A DNA stretch of 35,733 nt, taken from NCBI RefSeq assembly GCF_004010195.1, contig NC_057757.1, positions 3,833,729 to 3,869,461 of the forward strand. The letters run 5' to 3'. This DNA is from Chiloscyllium plagiosum (Eukaryota). Every line of letters begins with the position of its first letter. Position 1 is the stretch's first letter. Shown here in pieces: positions 33,255 through 35,733 of the stretch. The position numbers and the translations under genes are program-made. The notes under the pieces were generated by a model, which had not been told where the DNA came from, did not search any database, and saw nothing but the letters and a program-made list of their open reading frames with translations.

Positions 33255-33545
33255 AATCCCTGCAGTGTGGAAACAGGTCCAAAGTTTCCATACCAACCCT
33301 CCAAAGATTAACCCACCCAGACCCTACCCTATTTACCCCTGACTAATGCACCTAACCTACACATCCCTCAGCGCTATGGACAATTTAGAATGGCCAGTTC
33401 ACCCTAACCTGCATATTTTGGATTGTGGGAGGAAATCAGACAGACACAGGGAGAATATCCATACCAACAGTCACCTGAGGCTGGAATCGAACCCAGGTCT
33501 CTGGTGCTGTGAGGCAGTAGTGCTTAGTGTAGGGCCACCATGCTG
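33255..33545 (-). mobile_element. HE1-type SINE
   Basis: Reverse complement of HE1. Confidence 0.8.
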
Positions 33546-34805
33546 CCCAGCTGCCTGGGCCAGTGTTGATGACACCAATCACCAAGCACTCCAAGTGCTT
33601 TTTAATGGCTGTTATGATTCCTATCTTAACTACTTTCCCAATCACTACATTCCAGAGATTCCTCACCACCCAACTGGGAGTTAAACCTGTTCCTCAAATC
33701 CCCTCGAAACCTCCACGTTTTCACTTGAAACTGATAAAGCCCCTCGATGATAGGGGACACTTCCTTCCCGTCTACCCTCAGAATCTTAAACACCCACTGA
33801 ACCCCAGAGCCAAGGTTAGACCAGGGAGGGGAGAGGCAACTGAGGGGGGGGGCGGGGNNNNNNNNNNNNNNNNNNNNNNNNNNNNNNNNNNNNNNNNNNN
33901 NNNNNNNNNNNNNNNNNNNNNNNNNNNNNNNNNNNNNNNNNNNNNNNNNNNNNNNNNNNNNNNNNNNNNNNNNNNNNNNNNNNNNNNNNNNNNNNNNNNN
34001 NNNNNNNNNNNNNNNNNNNNNNNNNNNNNNNNNNNNNNNNNNNNNNNNNNNNNNNNNNNNNNNNNNNNNNNNNNNNNNNNNNNNNNNNNNNNNNNNNNNN
34101 NNNNNNNNNNNNNNNNNNNNNNNNNNNNNNNNNNNNNNNNNNNNNNNNNNNNNNNNNNNNNNNNNNNNNNNNNNNNNNNNNNNNNNNNNNNNNNNNNNNN
34201 NNNNNNNNNNNNNNNNNNNNNNNNNNNNNNNNNNNNNNNNNNNNNNNNNNNNNNNNNNNNNNNNNNNNNNNNNNNNNNNNNNNNNNNNNNNNNNNNNNNN
34301 NNNNNNNNNNNNNNNNNNNNNNNNNNNNNNNNNNNNNNNNNNNNNNNNNNNNNNNNNNNNNNNNNNNNNNNNNNNNNNNNNNNNNNNNNNNNNNNNNNNN
34401 NNNNNNNNNNNNNNNNNNNNNNNNNNNNNNNNNNNNNNNNNNNNNNNNNNNNNNNNNNNNNNNNNNNNNNNNNNNNNNNNNNNNNNNNNNNNNNNNNNNN
34501 NNNNNNNNNNNNNNNNNNNNNNNNNNNNNNNNNNNNNNNNNNNNNNNNNNNNCCAAGAAAGAAAATCCCAGTCCGAGTTTATCCAGCCTCTCTCCATCTG
34601 TGAACTGCCTGTCCCAGGGCAACATCCCAATGGATCTCCTCTGCACTCCCCCCACCCTCCGTCAGCCCCCTTCCCTCTCCAGTGCAATCCCACTCTTCCT
34701 ATGGTTTGGGGATCCGGAATAGAGCACCGTATCCCAGGGCCAAGGTTAGACCAGAGAGGGTAATGCATTCACCCCCACCCTCCCCTCCCCCAAACTGGCC
34801 CATAC

Positions 34806-34858
34806 CTTCCTGGGATTGACCCACGTCCTTCACTGGGGAGCCGTTCAGACCTCGACCG
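34806..34858 (-). CDS. Putative 53-nt exon of an unidentified minus-strand gene
   Basis: Minus strand: long pyrimidine tract ctttctctgctctctctccccctacccctgcag| then exon then GAAG|gtatgg. Open in two frames (GRGLNGSPVKDVGQSQE or RSRSERLPSEGRGSIPG). Confidence 0.5.
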
Positions 34859-35733
34859 CTGCAGGGGTAGGGGGAGAGAGAGCAGAGAAAGGTGGGAGAT
34901 ATATCCCCGAACACAAACAGGCCATTCAGCCCCTCAACCTCCGATGACATTGCGGCGGATCCATTCCCCGTCGGCAACCCCCTTGCCCGATAACCTTTTC
35001 ACCCCTGTCCGTAGGAGCGCCACACCCATTAACACACGGCACGTCGCTATGGCCAGGAAAAGGCATCTCTTCATCTTGTGCTCATCAGGACCTTTCACAA
35101 GAATCACCAAACGTAGGCACCCATTCAGTGCCAGTAGAGTTTTGTTTATAATTATTCAGGGGTATCACAGGATGGTGACCAGCCCGGAGGGCGAATAAGA
35201 GGCAACCGCATTGCTGTGAGTCTGGAGTCACATGTAGGCCAGACCAGGTAACAGATTTTCTTCTCCAAAGAACATTTGCTTTTCCTAGGCACCCCCCTTG
35301 TTCACAATCAATAATGATTTCATGGTTATCAATTCATTCTTTTTTCCAGATAATTGTTGGATTCCGATTCCCGTGAGGGGGATTTGAACCCAAGTCCCCG
35401 GAATATTCGCTTGGGATTAACCATGAGGCTGTCAGCTGCCCCCAATGCTTGGTGCAATAGTTGGTGGCTGATTGTGCTCAACAGCACATTCCCACTGGCC
35501 AGCCTCAATAGGGTAGCTAATGACCCTCCTCAGACCCCCGGGGGGGGGGCTACATGAGGGTCGGGGGCAGGGTGAGTGGCAGGGCGGAGGGAGTGAAGGA
35601 GGTAGGGTGGCATGTAGGTGGGTGAGGGGGCAGGGTGGGTGGTGGTAGAGATGGGGCAGGTGGTAGGAGGATCTCCAGGGTAGAAGGGCAAGCAGGCTGG
35701 CAAGCTGGGGGCTAAAGGGGCAACAGGGAGGGG

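Overview
This is vertebrate genomic DNA from a draft assembly with five N-gaps. It is very repeat-dense, and the repeat set (HE1-type tRNA-derived SINEs, CR1/HER1-type LINE 3' ends) points to a cartilaginous fish, probably a carpet or bamboo shark (inference). Almost all ORFs in the supplied track are LINE fragments, antisense shadows or microsatellite artefacts. One host gene is well supported: a + strand PLAC8/cornifelin-family Cys-rich gene with exons at 16888-17069 and 20715-21005 and AATAAA at 21785. Its first coding exon is not visible, and its C-terminus carries a tandem (QPGYAG/P)x6 tail. On the - strand, a chain of 5-6 small exons with canonical splice sites (34858 down to about 23100) suggests a second, convergent, unidentified gene that the ORF track does not resolve. 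Other notable structure: short palindromic Penelope-like inserts with 14-16 bp target-site duplications and decayed hammerhead-ribozyme cores; SINE-internal 53-bp minisatellite expansions; a foldback element whose loop holds a locally templated insertion; and an isolated G:U-containing hairpin. I see no clear evidence of a wholly new biological system. The best leads are listed with tests.
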